The notes under the pieces are model-generated. The model saw nothing but the letters and a program-made list of their open reading frames with translations, was not told the DNA's origin and made no database searches. A DNA stretch of 64,000 nt, taken from contig CM060732.1 of assembly GCA_030704615.1 (NCBI GenBank), forward strand, positions 61,876,001 through 61,940,000. The letters run 5' to 3'. Source of the DNA: Takakia lepidozioides. Taxonomy: Eukaryota; Plantae; Bryophyta. Shown piece after piece: positions 35,425 to 49,044 of this stretch; positions within the stretch are counted from its first letter, which is position 1; each line of letters opens with the position of its first letter. The position numbers and the translations under genes were made by a program.

Positions 35425-36730
35425 CAGGGTTGCACACGACATTGACGTCACGTCACATCGGACCTGACGCTGACGCGACCAACGTCACGTCAGTTTTGCC
35501 GAAAAATCAGTAAAACATGAGTTAGGTGAAAAATATGTCACGTAGGTGGACACGTTGTATTCCAAGCGACACCTTGGCAAGTGAATGAATTGTTTTATAA
35601 ATTACTCCATCCGCCAATAGTTGAGGTAATTTTTAAATCATTATTGTTAAATTGGTGCGACCTCCAAATGGTGGTGGTCGCAGAATTTATCTTATTTTTT
35701 AATAGTTGCGACCACCAGCAAAGGGGTTATCGCAGCATTTTTTGTTTTTTAAAAATAGATGTAACCACCAGCAGGGGTGGTCGCATTTTTTTTTTTTCTT
35801 AAACAGTTGCGACCACCGCTACCGGTGGTCGCACAATATTTGTAATAGGTGCGACCACCATCAGGGGGGTGGTCGCAACATTTTTCTATTTTATAATATC
35901 TGCGACCACCAGCATGGGGGCGGTCGCAGCATTTTTTTGTTTTTTTAATAGGTGCGACCACCAGCAGGGGGGTGGTCGCAATTTTATTTACTTATTTATT
36001 TATTTTAAATATTCTCTGTGACCACGAGCATGGGTGTGGTCGCAGCAAATTTTTTTTTTTAATAGGTGCAACCACCAATATGGGGGTGGTTGCAGAAATT
36101 TTCTATTTGCTTAATAGTTGCGACCACTAGCAGGGGGGTGGTCGTAGAAATTTTCTGTTTTTTTAATAGGTGCGACCATCAGCAGGGGGGTGGTTGCAGA
36201 ATTTTTTTTAAAAATAATAATAATAATGTATGTGACCACGAGCATAAGGGTGGTCGCAGTATTTTTTTTTTTTTAATAGGTACGACCACCAGCATGAGGG
36301 TGGTCGCAACAGTTTTAAAAAAAAAATAACATGCGACTTCCTCGTGCGACCTAAAGCGGTCGCAGCATTGGATGTGATTCGTCGAACGTGTGAGGCTTGG
36401 AGGCTGGAGGGTATATAAGGTGGCCCCAATGCCCCTCACTTCTTCTGTAGCAAACACTTTTGTGACGAGTGAATGTTTTCTATTCCTTGAGCAAGAGTGT
36501 AAACCCAAGAGGAGGGTGCAGACTTTTTGCTGTTGTGACTTCCACCAGAGCCACTGCAGCAAATTGTCGAAAAGCACAATACTATATGGTGCATTGATCC
36601 ACTTGGATTGATGCCGTAGTGTTGGGCCATCGCATTCTGTTCTAACTTCTATTGCTCTTGACAAATCTACTAAGTACACTAGTGTTCTTCGTTGAACCTT
36701 ATGTCTGTGGTTAGGATTTTGGGTGTGAGG

Positions 36731-39457
36731 ATGAGGGAGGAGTGGATCCCTTGGTTCACCATAGACCCGCACAAAAAGGACGGTGTTCAATGCAATCTTT
36801 GTGCATTGAAGCTGGCAGGTCGCAAAGATCGCATGTTATATCACCTTGGCTACAGAGATGGGAAGAATGCAGGGGTTAGTTTGTGCCCAAAAGCCTCCAT
36901 GCGAGTGAAAGCCCACTTTGCCCAATGTGGAGACAATATCTCACCGTCTCTTGATGTGGCCGCGGCTTCTGAGCCAAACACTCCAAATTCGAATCAAACT
37001 GTCCCTCAGAGTTGTACCCAAGGGGATTCTTGCGAGGCGTCTACTGTTCGTGGAGAAGCCGGTGGGTCAGGAGCAACACCCGATTGTACGCCAGCACTTG
37101 CACGGACCAGACCATTGAGGCAACAATCAATGCAAGAAGGCTTAAATTTGTCGCACATGAGGACTCTGGATAAGAAGTGGGCCCAATTTTTCTACGAGGC
37201 CAATAACCCGTTCAATGTCTCGAGGCTTCCTACGTTTGTGGCTGCTGTCAAAGCCACGTCCGATTCCAAATCCACATACACACCTCCGAGTTATCGCGAT
37301 CTCCGCACAGGATTGCTAGAAGAGGTTATGTCTGACCTCACCCAAAAGGTGAATGAAAAGACAGGTGATTCTCTCCGGAAATATGGAAGCACTATATGTG
37401 CGGACGGTTGGAGTTCCGTTACTAATCGACCACTGTTCAATGTCATGTTGGTCTGTCCTGCGGGGAACAATTTTTGGGATCCGTTGACACACAGCGGGGA
37501 GAGAAAAAATGCACGTTATCAAGCAGGGTTGTTGACGAGTTACATCGATAAAATTGGAGCTGATAAATTGTCCAAGTGTGCACGGACAATGCATCTAACA
37601 TGGTTAATATGGCCGATATTTTGATTGTACGATATCCCCATCTATATTACCAAGGGTGTGCTGCTCATATCTTTGATCTCCTTTTGGAGGATTGGGGAAA
37701 AGAATCATGGATGAAACAACTAGTAAAAAGTGCAAAATCGGTTTGTGACGTTCATCCGTACACATTACAACCCTCTGGTATTGTTTAGAAAGCATGAACC
37801 CAAATACAGCCTTAGGAACCCGGGTGAAACCCGCTTTGCCACAAACTTTTTGATGGTGGATCGACTGGTGACTGTGAGGGCGGGTCTGGAGCAGGTGATC
37901 ATTGACCCTCAATGGGATGCGTATGTGGGCACCTTACGCGACTCTCGTAAGTCCAAGTCTTTGAGCAAAAGTCGGAGGGTCCGCGCAATCATTTGCTCCG
38001 ACGATTTCTGGGCGAAATGTGCAAATTTTGTGTACATGGTGGAGCCGGCGTTGATTGCTTTGCGGGAGTTTGATGGAAAACAACCAATAATGGATAAAGC
38101 ATGGTTGATATTGGAAAACCTTGAGAAGCACGTGCAATCCTTGAGACGTCCTCCATTTTCTATGGACGATGATTTGGCGGCAAGGACCGAGGATGCATTT
38201 TACGACCGCAAACGGATGGTTCGCATGGACTTGCATTATGCTGGGGCCTTGCTGAATCCATTCTTGCTGGACAATACGGATTTGAGAGACGATGTGGATG
38301 CCAAAGTTGGGCTTGTACGGGTCATCATGCAACTTGCACCTTTGAACATGGCAGAGCGAGCGTTGTCCGAGTACCAGTGCTTCTCGGATCGGCAGAATCA
38401 TTTCCATGACATGCCGGATCCAAAAGCAATGAACATGTTGCCACATGAATGGTGGGATCTGATTGGAGCTGGAGCAAGAACGTTAGCTCCCATTGCAAAG
38501 CGTATTCTTGCTCAAGTGTGCTCTGCCTCGTCCTGTGAGCGGAACTGGAGCAGTTACTCGTTTGTTCACAACAAAATTCGCAACAGGTTGAATCCTGCCA
38601 GGGCTGACAAATTGGTTTATGTCTACACGAATTGTAGGCTACTGCGAGAGAGGAGAACAAGTGACGCATCTGCATGGTACGAGAAGAATGTGTTGTCTGA
38701 AGAATCTGCCTCAGAGGTCCAATCTAGCAGCAATGATGACATTGACGCCGCGAGGGACTCCGACTCCGTCGGTTGGGATGGGTCCGATGATGTGGGCAAT
38801 CCTCCACATGACCCATATGAATTTAATGACGATGATGCTGCAATGCATCCATCCTTCGATGACCTTGTTGTTGATGAACTGCGACATGGTGTCATCCCAA
38901 TTGCGGACCCCCTTCCCCCCAGTGGAGCACACTCTCAACAATGAAGTTGAGGTCAACTCTCCCCCCCACGAGTTCCACGGACTGCAGGAGATGTGCAGGT
39001 CGAATCGTCGGATGATGACAACCGGCCGTTGTCATTCTTTCACCGACATCGTGCCCCTATGAACCGTGCTTCATCTCACCCCGCTCCATCTTATGTTTCT
39101 CTTTCTCAAGCCGGTCCATCCCATGCTGGTCCATCTAGTCTCTCTCCCCCTCATGTAATTCCTTCCATCGCTACTCCAATCCTGGGAGATGGTTCTTCTG
39201 CTGCGGGACTTCTGCAAGTCGAACCATCGGATGACGACGACCGGCCATTGTCGTTTCATCTGGCCCGACAACGTCCGCATGTGAACCGTGCTCCCTCGAC
39301 CCTCGCTGGTCCATCTCATGCCCATTCCTCTCATGTCGGCCCCTCTGATGTACGTGCGAGTAGCCTTCCTCATACGAGACCTGCTCCAAGGCCACTACAA
39401 AATCCGAGACAAGCCCAGAAACGGCAGAGAATTGTGCAACCTTTTGTTGGTGACTGA
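36731..39457 (+). pseudogene. hAT transposase (BED finger, DUF659-type core, dimerisation domain); frameshifted
   Basis: W..F...CNLC...HL...C; FFYEAN.PFN, PPSY, DGWS, TDNASN, CAAH, TRFATNF, WW...LA..IL.Q..SASSCERNWS. Confidence 0.92.
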
Positions 39458-40176
39458 CCTGTGAACAGACCTGATACCCTAGATGGTATTCATGATAGGA
39501 GTGGAAATTGACCAGAGAGACAACTGAACGTACTCCGAGGACGACTACAGGTCCAACGGCCAGTTGCATCTGGAAACGAAAGAACAGATGGAGATCATGA
39601 TTCTAGCACTGATCATCGGAACGGGGGTGAAGTGAGTGGGGACGAAGATTTTGTACTAGACGTGAGATCATACCATCGTCGACGTGCCAAACGGAATTAG
39701 GTACAGCTATAACTTCTGTGACCTGTCACATGATGTGTAGTATGTTTCCATGGATATCCATGTTTCAGTTTGGGTACATGCATACGTGTACGGAAAAAAT
39801 GGTGGAATATGTGTACCCAAGAAAGGGTTTGGTGGTTGTGCGTGTGTTTGTGTTTCGTCATTACCTTTACATTGTTGATTTCCTATTATGGTTTCGAAAG
39901 CCACAAAAGTCAGGTGCAGCTCCCAGCATTCATCTTCCCCTTCACAAACCCATGGGGAGTCGATACATGTGCTTTTCATCTGCCTCTCCAAACATACATA
40001 CAGGTGCAATGGCAACCTCCTGGTGGTCACACCTATTTTAAAAAAAACAATTGTGTGACCACCAGTAGCGGTCGTCGCAACTGTTAAAATAAAAGAAAAA
40101 TGTTGCGACCACCCCCCTGCTGGTAGTCGCACCAATTTACTGATTTACTGATTACCCCTACTGGTGGTCGCAGATT

Positions 40177-40389
40177 TTATTTTATTTTATTTTGGGAAAC
40201 ACCTGGGAACGACAACTCACAAATCAGGCCCCTTAGTAGTGAGAGGAGAAAATAACCTCTTTCATTTATGCGCCAAGAGGCGTAGGAATGGGGCACCACA
40301 CGAACCATACCACACCCATCAAATAGCAGATTTGACCCCAGAATCGTCCGGTCGCACTCAGTGCACTTAACCAACTGAGCTACAGACTG
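40177..40389 (-). mobile_element. tRNA-derived SINE (copy 2) inserted in the hAT hairpin array
   Basis: Minus strand GTAGCTCAGTTGGTTAAG (A-box) and GGGTCAAATC (B-box-like), A-rich tail; body similar to 17753-17980. Confidence 0.75.
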
Positions 40390-40872
40390 TTGGTAGATAT
40401 TCAAAATCGGAATTATGTGACCACCCCCCTGCTGGTGGTCGCATCTATTAAAGAAAAGGAAAATAGTGCGACCACCAGCAGGTGGTGGTCGCACCTATTT
40501 GTTTTAAACAAACTTTCTGCGACCACCCCTTTGCTGGTGGTCGCACCTATTAAAATTTATAAAAAAAACTTGGTGGGCGATGGGATGTTGCATTGGTCAT
40601 TGAGTCCAAGTGGAGAGGGGTGCTATGGTTGTGGGGGTATTCTGGGCCGTTGGATTCTACGAAATCGATGTTGAGTACCTCCCGGAAGCCCTCCTCTAGC
40701 ACCCACGTTTTTTTCTTTGCATTGCTCATATCACTTAGAACTGCCGGGAGTGACACGTGCCTCTAGTACTTGGGGAGGATTCATTAGGGAGGGATTAGGT
40801 ATGATTTAGGAGGGTTGGGAGAACATTTTTCTTAGCAAACACCTGTCGAGTAGGGGTAAGCCAAAGCCATAA

Positions 40873-43513
40873 ATGGCGGAGGAGGAAGACAGAGGAGGTC
40901 ATCCCAGGGATGACGATAATGAGCCTAGACCTCCAAAAAAAAAAAAAAAAGGCCAGGCGCGAACTTCGTTGGGACATATACAATGACCCCAACATTCTTG
41001 TGGAACCAGGTTGGAAAGTTTGGAAGTTGGGGCAGCGGTGGTCGCTTGGTGACTGCAGGAAATTTGTGGACTAGTGTCACATAAATCGTTTGTGGCCCAA
41101 AGATAGGCATGATCCACAAACCAAACAAAATCAAGCTAGCTTGCATTCCTGTGCCAACCCGCATTTCTGCCACAGGGCAGAGGAGGTACATACAACATTG
41201 TGGGGTCAACCGCTCGTCAACAACAAGGTCCCGTATTTATTTGCGGCCATGTTGTACACAGAGTTGATTTTATTGCAACCAGTGGATTGACAAACTGCCA
41301 CTGCGAGACAGCGTACTAGACTATACATGTTCTCTGATATCCCAGACTTGTATATACGTCAGGGGCAGGACATCATACGGTTTGATGGAAACGACGAGGT
41401 GGAAGAAGGAGGAAAGACGGATGGAAACGACGATGTGGAATAAGGAGGAAATGCAGACCAACCTCCAGATTATACGCCGCAACAGGTTTCCGCAGCCGGG
41501 CCTTCAACATCTGAGGTGGAGGGAGGCGAGGTACGCTCTCCGTTGGAGGAACAGTTGGCCGCACATCAACAGCACATCAAAGACCTGCAGGACATTGTTC
41601 ATTTGCAACGGTGGCAACTAGCAAAGTTGCTGGAAAGAATGGGGTTGGGGACTCTCGACAGCGTCCGCGGTGTGCTTCAGGACCCGAGGCCAATCACCAA
41701 CGAGCAAGACATATTGGCGCGTTTGAATATGCCACCAATGGACATTGACCACGTCATCGACGGGGTTGACTCAATCGGGCATGGAAATGAAGTACAAACG
41801 TCTGAACTGGACCCGACAAGGGTTGAGGAAGAAATACTTGCGGCGGAGAGGGCAAGAAAAGGGAAGGACCCCATAGTGATGTTCAGCCGTGCAAATTACA
41901 TCGGCCCAAGAACAGGAATTAGAGCAGCTTGTGGGGGGACGCGAGCAACCTAAGGCTGTTGCATATCGGTACTCAAGTGCCATACAAATTCGATCGTGGC
42001 CATGGTTGAAGTGGAATTGGCGGAATTGGGTGATATGGGCAGGCCATCTAGCATCGTGGGAAACACGGATAGAAGAAGCGTTGTCCTCCCTCCAACGTGC
42101 AGCACGTTCGTCGAATCGAAGTGTAGATAGCATCTATGCTAATTTGCAAAGGCACGACACTGCGCGTGATGTATTCACGTCGAAGTACACTGGATTCACC
42201 ACATGGGGTGATGTGCATGCCATGTTTGAGCACTGTGTGCATACAAATTCCGATACCAATAACAGCATAAACTGGGATTTGGAAGTAGAGGAGGAGAGGG
42301 ACACCAGGCCGAGAATGTCATCCTTCATTAATGAGGATAAACGGACGTGGATACCACAGAGCAATCCAGCGTCATGGGTAACAGATGGTACGGTGTGCAC
42401 AATGTGCCTAAACCCTTATGGACCGGAGGGAGGCTATATGCTTGGTTCATGTGGCCATTTGTTCCATCCCACATGTCTCATATCGGCAGCCATGCGAGCA
42501 AACCAATGCCCTGACTGTCGTGGACCAATCCATCGACGTTTCTACGAGTTGTTTGGGTTGCAAGACAATATGCCCACGGGATACGAGTACAACCGGTACA
42601 ACATGCCATTGGATGTATCGCCTTACGATTTTCAATAGTGGGGGAGACATGACATGGGATGCTCAGAGAGATGCATGCCTTGGATGCGAAGACGTTAACT
42701 AGGGTTAAAGATCCGGTGACCTTTTGGGTGACATCCAACTGGGAAATAACCGTGCGTGCTAGAGGCATACGGACCCAGTCCAAATGGAGCTTTTTTGCCG
42801 AACTTGGGGGCATTGGAGCTGTACCAGACAAAGATTCTTCCGACTGCCTGAGGATCCATGGGTGCCAGCGGAAAACGACTCATACAATCGCGAACCGATT
42901 GGGAGAGACCTATTTCTGAGGGAGTTGGAGGCCGCTAGCATCCGTTGGGAGAATATGAATGAGACGTATTGGGTGCCTCGTCGGGATGATGGGCCATTTC
43001 TTCCAGAGTTGCGCAGAGATCCCCAGCAAGAGGAGGTGTTGGACAATTTCAAGGCTGTCACGAGTGTGAAAAAGTATTGGCAGAACACATGGCGTGACCA
43101 AGTTGCCCCTATTCCAGGGGTGTTCTTGCCACTTCCAAACATATCGGATTTAATTGAAAATTGCATGCCGCCGTAGCAAGAGCGACACCCCGGCTCTGGC
43201 AAATGTGGAAGAGAGTCAACACTCGCCTAGAACGCTACGCATGATGACAAGGGTGGACCACACAACACTTGGTCCCTCTTTGACCACTCGAGCCCAGGCT
43301 CGAGCTCTCCGTACTAGTGGAGGCACGTCCTCTACACCCAGATCATCTTCATCAACATCTGGAGATAACGACATAGTACGTGCACGCGTCAGGTGCGCAC
43401 TAGCACGTGAACTCCCAAAGAGGCGCAAGTTTCCTTGCCCTTGGGTGGGAGTCACCCGATTTCGGCACTGCGCAAATACACGATTACCCAATTTACCTCT
43501 CCCACTTTTGTAA
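40873..43513 (+). pseudogene. Degenerate long ORF with RING-H2 finger, antisense to the adjacent chromovirus pol
   Basis: ATG 40873 (MAEEED..PPKKKKKARR); CTMC-x13-CGHLFHPTC-x9-CPDC at 42396-42518; frameshifted ORF pieces run to ~43.5 kb. Confidence 0.7.
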
Positions 43514-43675
43514 GCTAGCATGCATTCTACACACTAGCCAACCATACCATGCATCACCATTCCAAACAAATATGACGCACAACATTTGGAAACCATTTCA
43601 TTTATAACAAAATTTGTACAATACAAGTTTTTGCAATGGGATTCCTGAGCTAGCTAAGCCGGGCTAAGCATGCAT

Positions 43676-46600
43676 TTCCTCCCCCACGCTCCAAGGTTGA
43701 TGTCCCCATCAACGCTTCTTCTGCTTTTGAGGTCGCCCTTCGAAGCTACACCGCCTCGGATGCGTCCCTATTTCTGAGGCACCACCCAAAATGCCTCCAC
43801 ATGATGATAGCCCTTCCATTTCACGAGATACTCCGTTTCTCGATTCTGAACCTCCTCGACTTAAGCACTACCTCCACCTCGTACTCAGGTTCATTTTCAT
43901 GATCCAACAGCACAGGTGGCGGACGCAACACTTGATGTCGATTCGGATGCGCTTCATCTTTGAAGTAATGCTTCAAAAGGGAGACGTGGAATGGAATACC
44001 GGATGCACCTTGCTGTTTTCCGGCAACTCCAATTCATACGCATCCTCATTCATAACCTTCCGGATGCGAAAGGGTCCCGCATACGGAGGTACGAACTTCG
44101 GACTCACTTCCGGAGGTAGTCGAAAATTCTTGATGGTCAACCAGACGTCCGTGCCTGCCTCAAACTTAACCTCCCTCCGCTTCCGATTCGCCTGTCGTTC
44201 ATACTGTTTCCTAGCTTTGGCAATGTTGTACTTTGCGAGCTTCAACAAACGCTCGCGTTCTTCCAGCACTGCCGTTGCTGTCGGTTCTTCAACGTCTTGG
44301 GCGGCCCAACTTATCGGCACCAGAGGTGCTTTTCCATAAACCAATACGAAGGGGGAAACTCCCGTTGCGGAATGTTTTGTGTTATTATAACAGAACTCTG
44401 CAGCATCCAAGTGCTCCACCCAGTCCGATTGGTCTACCGACACGTAATTCCGCAAGATCTGCTTCACCACGGAATTCACCCTTTCCGTTTGGCCGTCCGT
44501 CGTAGGTCGGAAGGCGGTGCTCATCTTGAGCCTCGTCCCCATCTTCTTCCAAAGTGCCCTCCAAAATTTACTCGTAAACTTTGGATCGCGGTCTACGACA
44601 ATATCCTTCGGGAGTCCATGATGCTTGAAGACGTGGGCAAAGTAAAGTCGCCTCGTCTCCTGTGCCGTTGCCGTCTCCTTGGTGGGGATGAAATGGCCCA
44701 TTTTACTGAACCTATCCACCACCACCGTGATTGCATCGAATCCTTTTGACAACGGCATAGCAGTCATGAAATCCATCGAGACACTTTCCCAAGACCCTTC
44801 TGGAATCGGCAAGGGTTGTAACAGTCCCGCTTGCTTTTTGTATTCGCTCCGGTTTTGTTGGCATGTGGTGCATGTCTTGACATACTCCTCGGCATCCTCC
44901 CTCAATTTGGGCTAGAAATACTCTTTCTTCAATAGTGTCGCGTTGCGCTTGGCTCCGCCGTGGCCCGCAAGCGGACCATCATGGCATTCTCTTAAGAGAC
45001 TATCTCTGATCCCTCCCTTCGGCACGTAGAGACGCTTTGCTTGTACCGGAGTAGTCCATTTTGCAAATGGAACTGCAATTTAACCCCCATCCTCAAGTCT
45101 CACATCACGGACTTCGCAATCTCATCCTTCCGGTAAGCCTTCCGGATCTTCCTTTGGAGCGCCGTCTCGCCCCTGTACACCATCATGAGCTGCTACTTTC
45201 TACTTAAAGCATCGGCCACCACATTGTCTCGTCCTGGTTTGTACTGGATATCCACGTCGAACAGTGCCAAAGTGTCTTGCCACCTAATTTGTTTTGGGGA
45301 CAACTTAGGCTGCATGGCAAAATACTTCACCGTGACATTGTCCGTGAACACCTTCACCGGGTTGGAACCAATATAGTGGCGCCAAAGCTCAAGGCAATGC
45401 CGCCTTCATTTCTTTCTCGTGCGTAGGCCACCGTCGCTCCACTTCATTCAGTTTCTTACTTTCGTAAGTCACTGGACGTCCATCCTGCATGAGTACACCC
45501 CCAATTGCGAAGTCCGACGCATCTGTATGGATCTCAAATGGACGGTCGAACTCCGGAATTTTGAGGACTGGAGCTTCCGCCATCCGCTGCTTCAACTCGG
45601 CAAAAGCTTGGCCACAAAAGGTGTTCCATACCCAGACTTTGGATTTACACAGGAGGTCTGACAGCGGCCCCGCGATCTTGGCGAAATTTCTCACATACTT
45701 CCGGTAATAGGAGGCGAGTCCTAGGAAGGAATGCACTCCCAGGACAAAAGTCGGAGGCTCCCAGTCCAAAATTGCCCTCACCTTTCTGTCATCCATTTTG
45801 ATCCCATCCTGTGTAATCACATGCCCCAGGAACTCCACTTTCGTGACCCCGAATTCGCACTTTGAAGCTTTGGCATACAGCTTCCTTTCCCGCAATTTCT
45901 GGAACACCCTTTTTAGGTGCTCTAGGTGCTCTTCCTTTGTTTTCGAGTACACCAAGATGGCGTCGATGTACACGATCACAAAGTCATCCAACCACTCCTG
46001 GAAAAGGCTGTTCATTAGCATGCTAAAGGTCGCGGGTGCGTTGGTGAGCCCAAAAGGCATCACCAAGAACTCATATGAACCATACCTTGTCCTGCACGCG
46101 GTCTTCTCCTCGTCTCCTTCCGCCACTCGAATTTGATGGTAGCCGGAGCGCAAATCGATCCGGCTGAAATACTTCGCTCCTGCCAACCAATCAAAGATGT
46201 CGTCGATCATTGGCAAAGGGTACCAGTTTTTTATAGTCACCTTATTTAGAGCCCTGTAATCGACACACATCCGCAGCGTCCCATCCTTCTTGTCTGCGAA
46301 TAGCACCGGGGCTCCATAAGGTGACTTACTCGGCCAGATGTACCCCTTTGACATAAGATCCTTGAGCTGAGTCTTCAGCTCGACCAACTCTCTGTGGCTC
46401 AACCGGTAGGGTGCCTTGGCAGGCGGCTCCGATCCCGGTATCACCTCAATCTTGTGGTCAACTCCTCTTCGCGGTGGCAAGCCGCTTGGTAAATCCTCCG
46501 GCATCACATCCTGGTATTTCTCCAAAATCCCCTTGATCCAATCTGGTCCGGCTCCCATCGCCTTCTCCCTTCACTTGTCTTACATAAAGCAAAAACTGGG

Positions 46601-49044
46601 GCTCGTGTCCTCCACGGCCCACTCCCTTGCTGACAGAAGGTTTATTTGCCCTCCCACGGGGTTGGGCGTTTCCAACACTCGTAAAACTTCGCCACCATGC
46701 TTACACGGTAGCGTGACTACCCTCTTGCGGCCATCTATGACCGCTCCGGATCTACTCAGAAATTTCATCCCCAAAATGAGATCCACTCCATCGATCTCGC
46801 AAATGGTGAAGTTCTCACGTCCCTCCCAACTCCCGAGTTGAAGAGGAACATCGAACGCCAACCTCGTCGCCAATTGTGGTTCTCCTTTTGCAGAACGCAC
46901 CTCAATAGAGGCCCCCACATCACTTGTCGGGAGTCCCAGCTTCCGTGCCGTTGCCGGTGTCATGAAGGAGTGCGACGCTCATGTGTCCACCAACAATGAC
47001 ACGTTAGTTCCGGAGATTATCCCACTCACAAACATTAACTGACTCCCTTTTCGCAAGGCGCCAGTTTCCTGATACAACTCACAAGAGTAGTTGCCTACCT
47101 TGCAAGTCTTGGCGACCACCGCCTCCACCAAGCGGCTGATGGAGCCTTCGGACAACTCCGTGGTTGCCCGAGTCATATTCAATTGTTGGGGATTCGTGCA
47201 CTTCTTGGCCATGTGCCCGGACTCCCCACAATTAAAGCACACTCCATCGAAGGTCGCCTTTTGTCCGCCATAAGGCGTCGCACCTGATTTTCCTTTCGGA
47301 GCACCGGGTGTCGTCTTGGCGTGTGAAGGCCCTCCCTTCGATTTCCAGGTGCCATTGTCGCCGCGTGGCCTATCCCACTTCTTTTCCGGTCGAAATGAGT
47401 CACCCTCCCGCCGGGTCTTCTTATGGTTCAGCTCCGTACGGCCTTGTCTTTCGCCCCTAGGGACATCCGAGAAACATTCAGCCCTCTCAATTGCCTCGTT
47501 CAAAGTCTTAGGTGGCTTCTCCTCCAACTTCCGTCTGGCCCACGGGGCCAGTCCTGCCATGAAGTTGAAGACCATTTCTGGTTCTTCCATGTCCGTGACT
47601 TTGAGCAACAGCATATTGAAAGCCTGAATATATCCCCGAATATCATCCGTTTGCTTCAGATTCCTCATCTTGTCCCGGGCAAGCCAGGACGCGTTGAGGG
47701 GCACAAACTGTCTCTTCGTCAGTTCCTTGAATCCACTCCAGTTCAAGGTTTCCGGGTTTGGACCTCGGTCGTGAAGGCGTTTCTGCCACCATTATTGAGC
47801 ATAGCCCCTCAAATAGGTGGGAGCCACTTCCACCCGATCCTCGTTACTCAACTTGGCCACCCGGAAGTACTGCTCTAGCTCCAAGAGCCAGGTGTTGAGT
47901 GCCTTCCAATTTCGGACGCCCTCAAAGGTGTCGGGTTCCTTAGGCTTCACCTTAAATTTTGCCTTAGTGGAAGTGACATTAGCCGCCTTCAACACGTCTT
48001 TCAACGTCCCGCCAAACTGCGCCAACAACCCTTCCCAAAAGGCTGCTGGCATGGGAGGCATCTGTTGGTCTGTCGGAGCTCTAAGAGATTCCTCGGGCTC
48101 CGACTCCTCAGATTCCTCCCGTTCTTGAGTGGCCTCATTTTCAAAAGCACGCATCGCTTCTTCAAATGGTCGCTTCGGTGACACGTCACCCCCATCGGGC
48201 TCACCAGGATCATCATCTTTCGGGCCGTTCCGCTTTCGCTTTGGCTTGCCCGACCCCATGATGAGGCCGATCCCAAGGACGATCGCGTACTGAACTCTAA
48301 GCTCTGATACCAAGTGTCGCGCACCTCACTTCGGTAAGCTCCCCTTCAAGTCATAGTTACTTGCTTTGATGCGCGCACCTAACTCCCTAACTGGCCGTCG
48401 GGCCAACTCGGAGCTTCGGCAGCTCACCGGGACATAACGGTCCCCCTTTACTCCTCCACAAGCCCCTCTCCCAATTTGGGCCTAGTGGAAATTCCCTTTG
48501 GTCGATGGCAGTCCGGAATAGCTCCCCACACCTTGGTCGTTTTTGGGCTTGCACGCTTACTCACTAGTTTTTGGTCACCAACGGGCTTGCACCGTTCTCG
48601 GGGTTACTACTCCCCCTATATATACTTTTGTGACTGTCCACGGGGGTTTCACAAACAACCATGCCATTTTATGGCGAACCACCACAAAAACCCTCGATTC
48701 CCGGTGATGAGTCGCGGTGAGTCTTGGCCCACCCACCACGGTCCCATTGGACCGTGATGAGTCCCAAGACTCCCCACGACTCCCACCACAAGGTCTCCGC
48801 CCCCATGGTGAGTCCTATGCCACCCCCACTAAGTTCCACTAAGCTAACACCACCCCTCGTGGAACCACCCCCCACCGCAATCCGGTGTGCGGGGCTCCAC
48901 CTAGTGAGCGCCTCTGCGTCCTTGAGTGCCTTTGGGCACTCAAGGGTGCTTCAGCCCCCGCATCTATTGTCACCACTGCCCCCACCACAGGGGCAGCCCC
49001 TCTCATGTCCCGACCCCCTGCCCTCAAGGCAAAGGGCCACGACA
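43676..49044 (-). mobile_element. Ty3/Gypsy chromovirus (Tcn1-like): 5' LTR, gag, protease, RT, RNase H, integrase, chromodomain; defective; 3' LTR absent
   Basis: LTR 48315-49044 (TG..CA); gag ATG 48259; zinc knuckle CFNCGESGHMAKKC; LVDT*AS; MPFGLTNAP and YIDA; TDASD; integrase core and GPF; EYEVE..EYLVKWKGY...W at ~43790-43890; purine tract 43676-43694. Confidence 0.95.
48301..48312 (-). promoter_or_regulatory. Primer-binding site, tRNA-iMet type (TGGTATCAGAGC)
   Basis: Exact motif 2 nt inside the LTR boundary at 48315. Confidence 0.93.

Larger units (their letters stand above)
35425..40570 (+). mobile_element. hAT DNA transposon, left part
   Basis: Terminus CAGGGTTGCA preceded by the 8-mer CTTGCTGC. 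About 14 GGTGCGACCACC..GGTGGTCGCA hairpins at 35.65-36.36 kb, TATA at 36412, transposase, and a second hairpin array at 40.0-40.55 kb. Confidence 0.88.
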
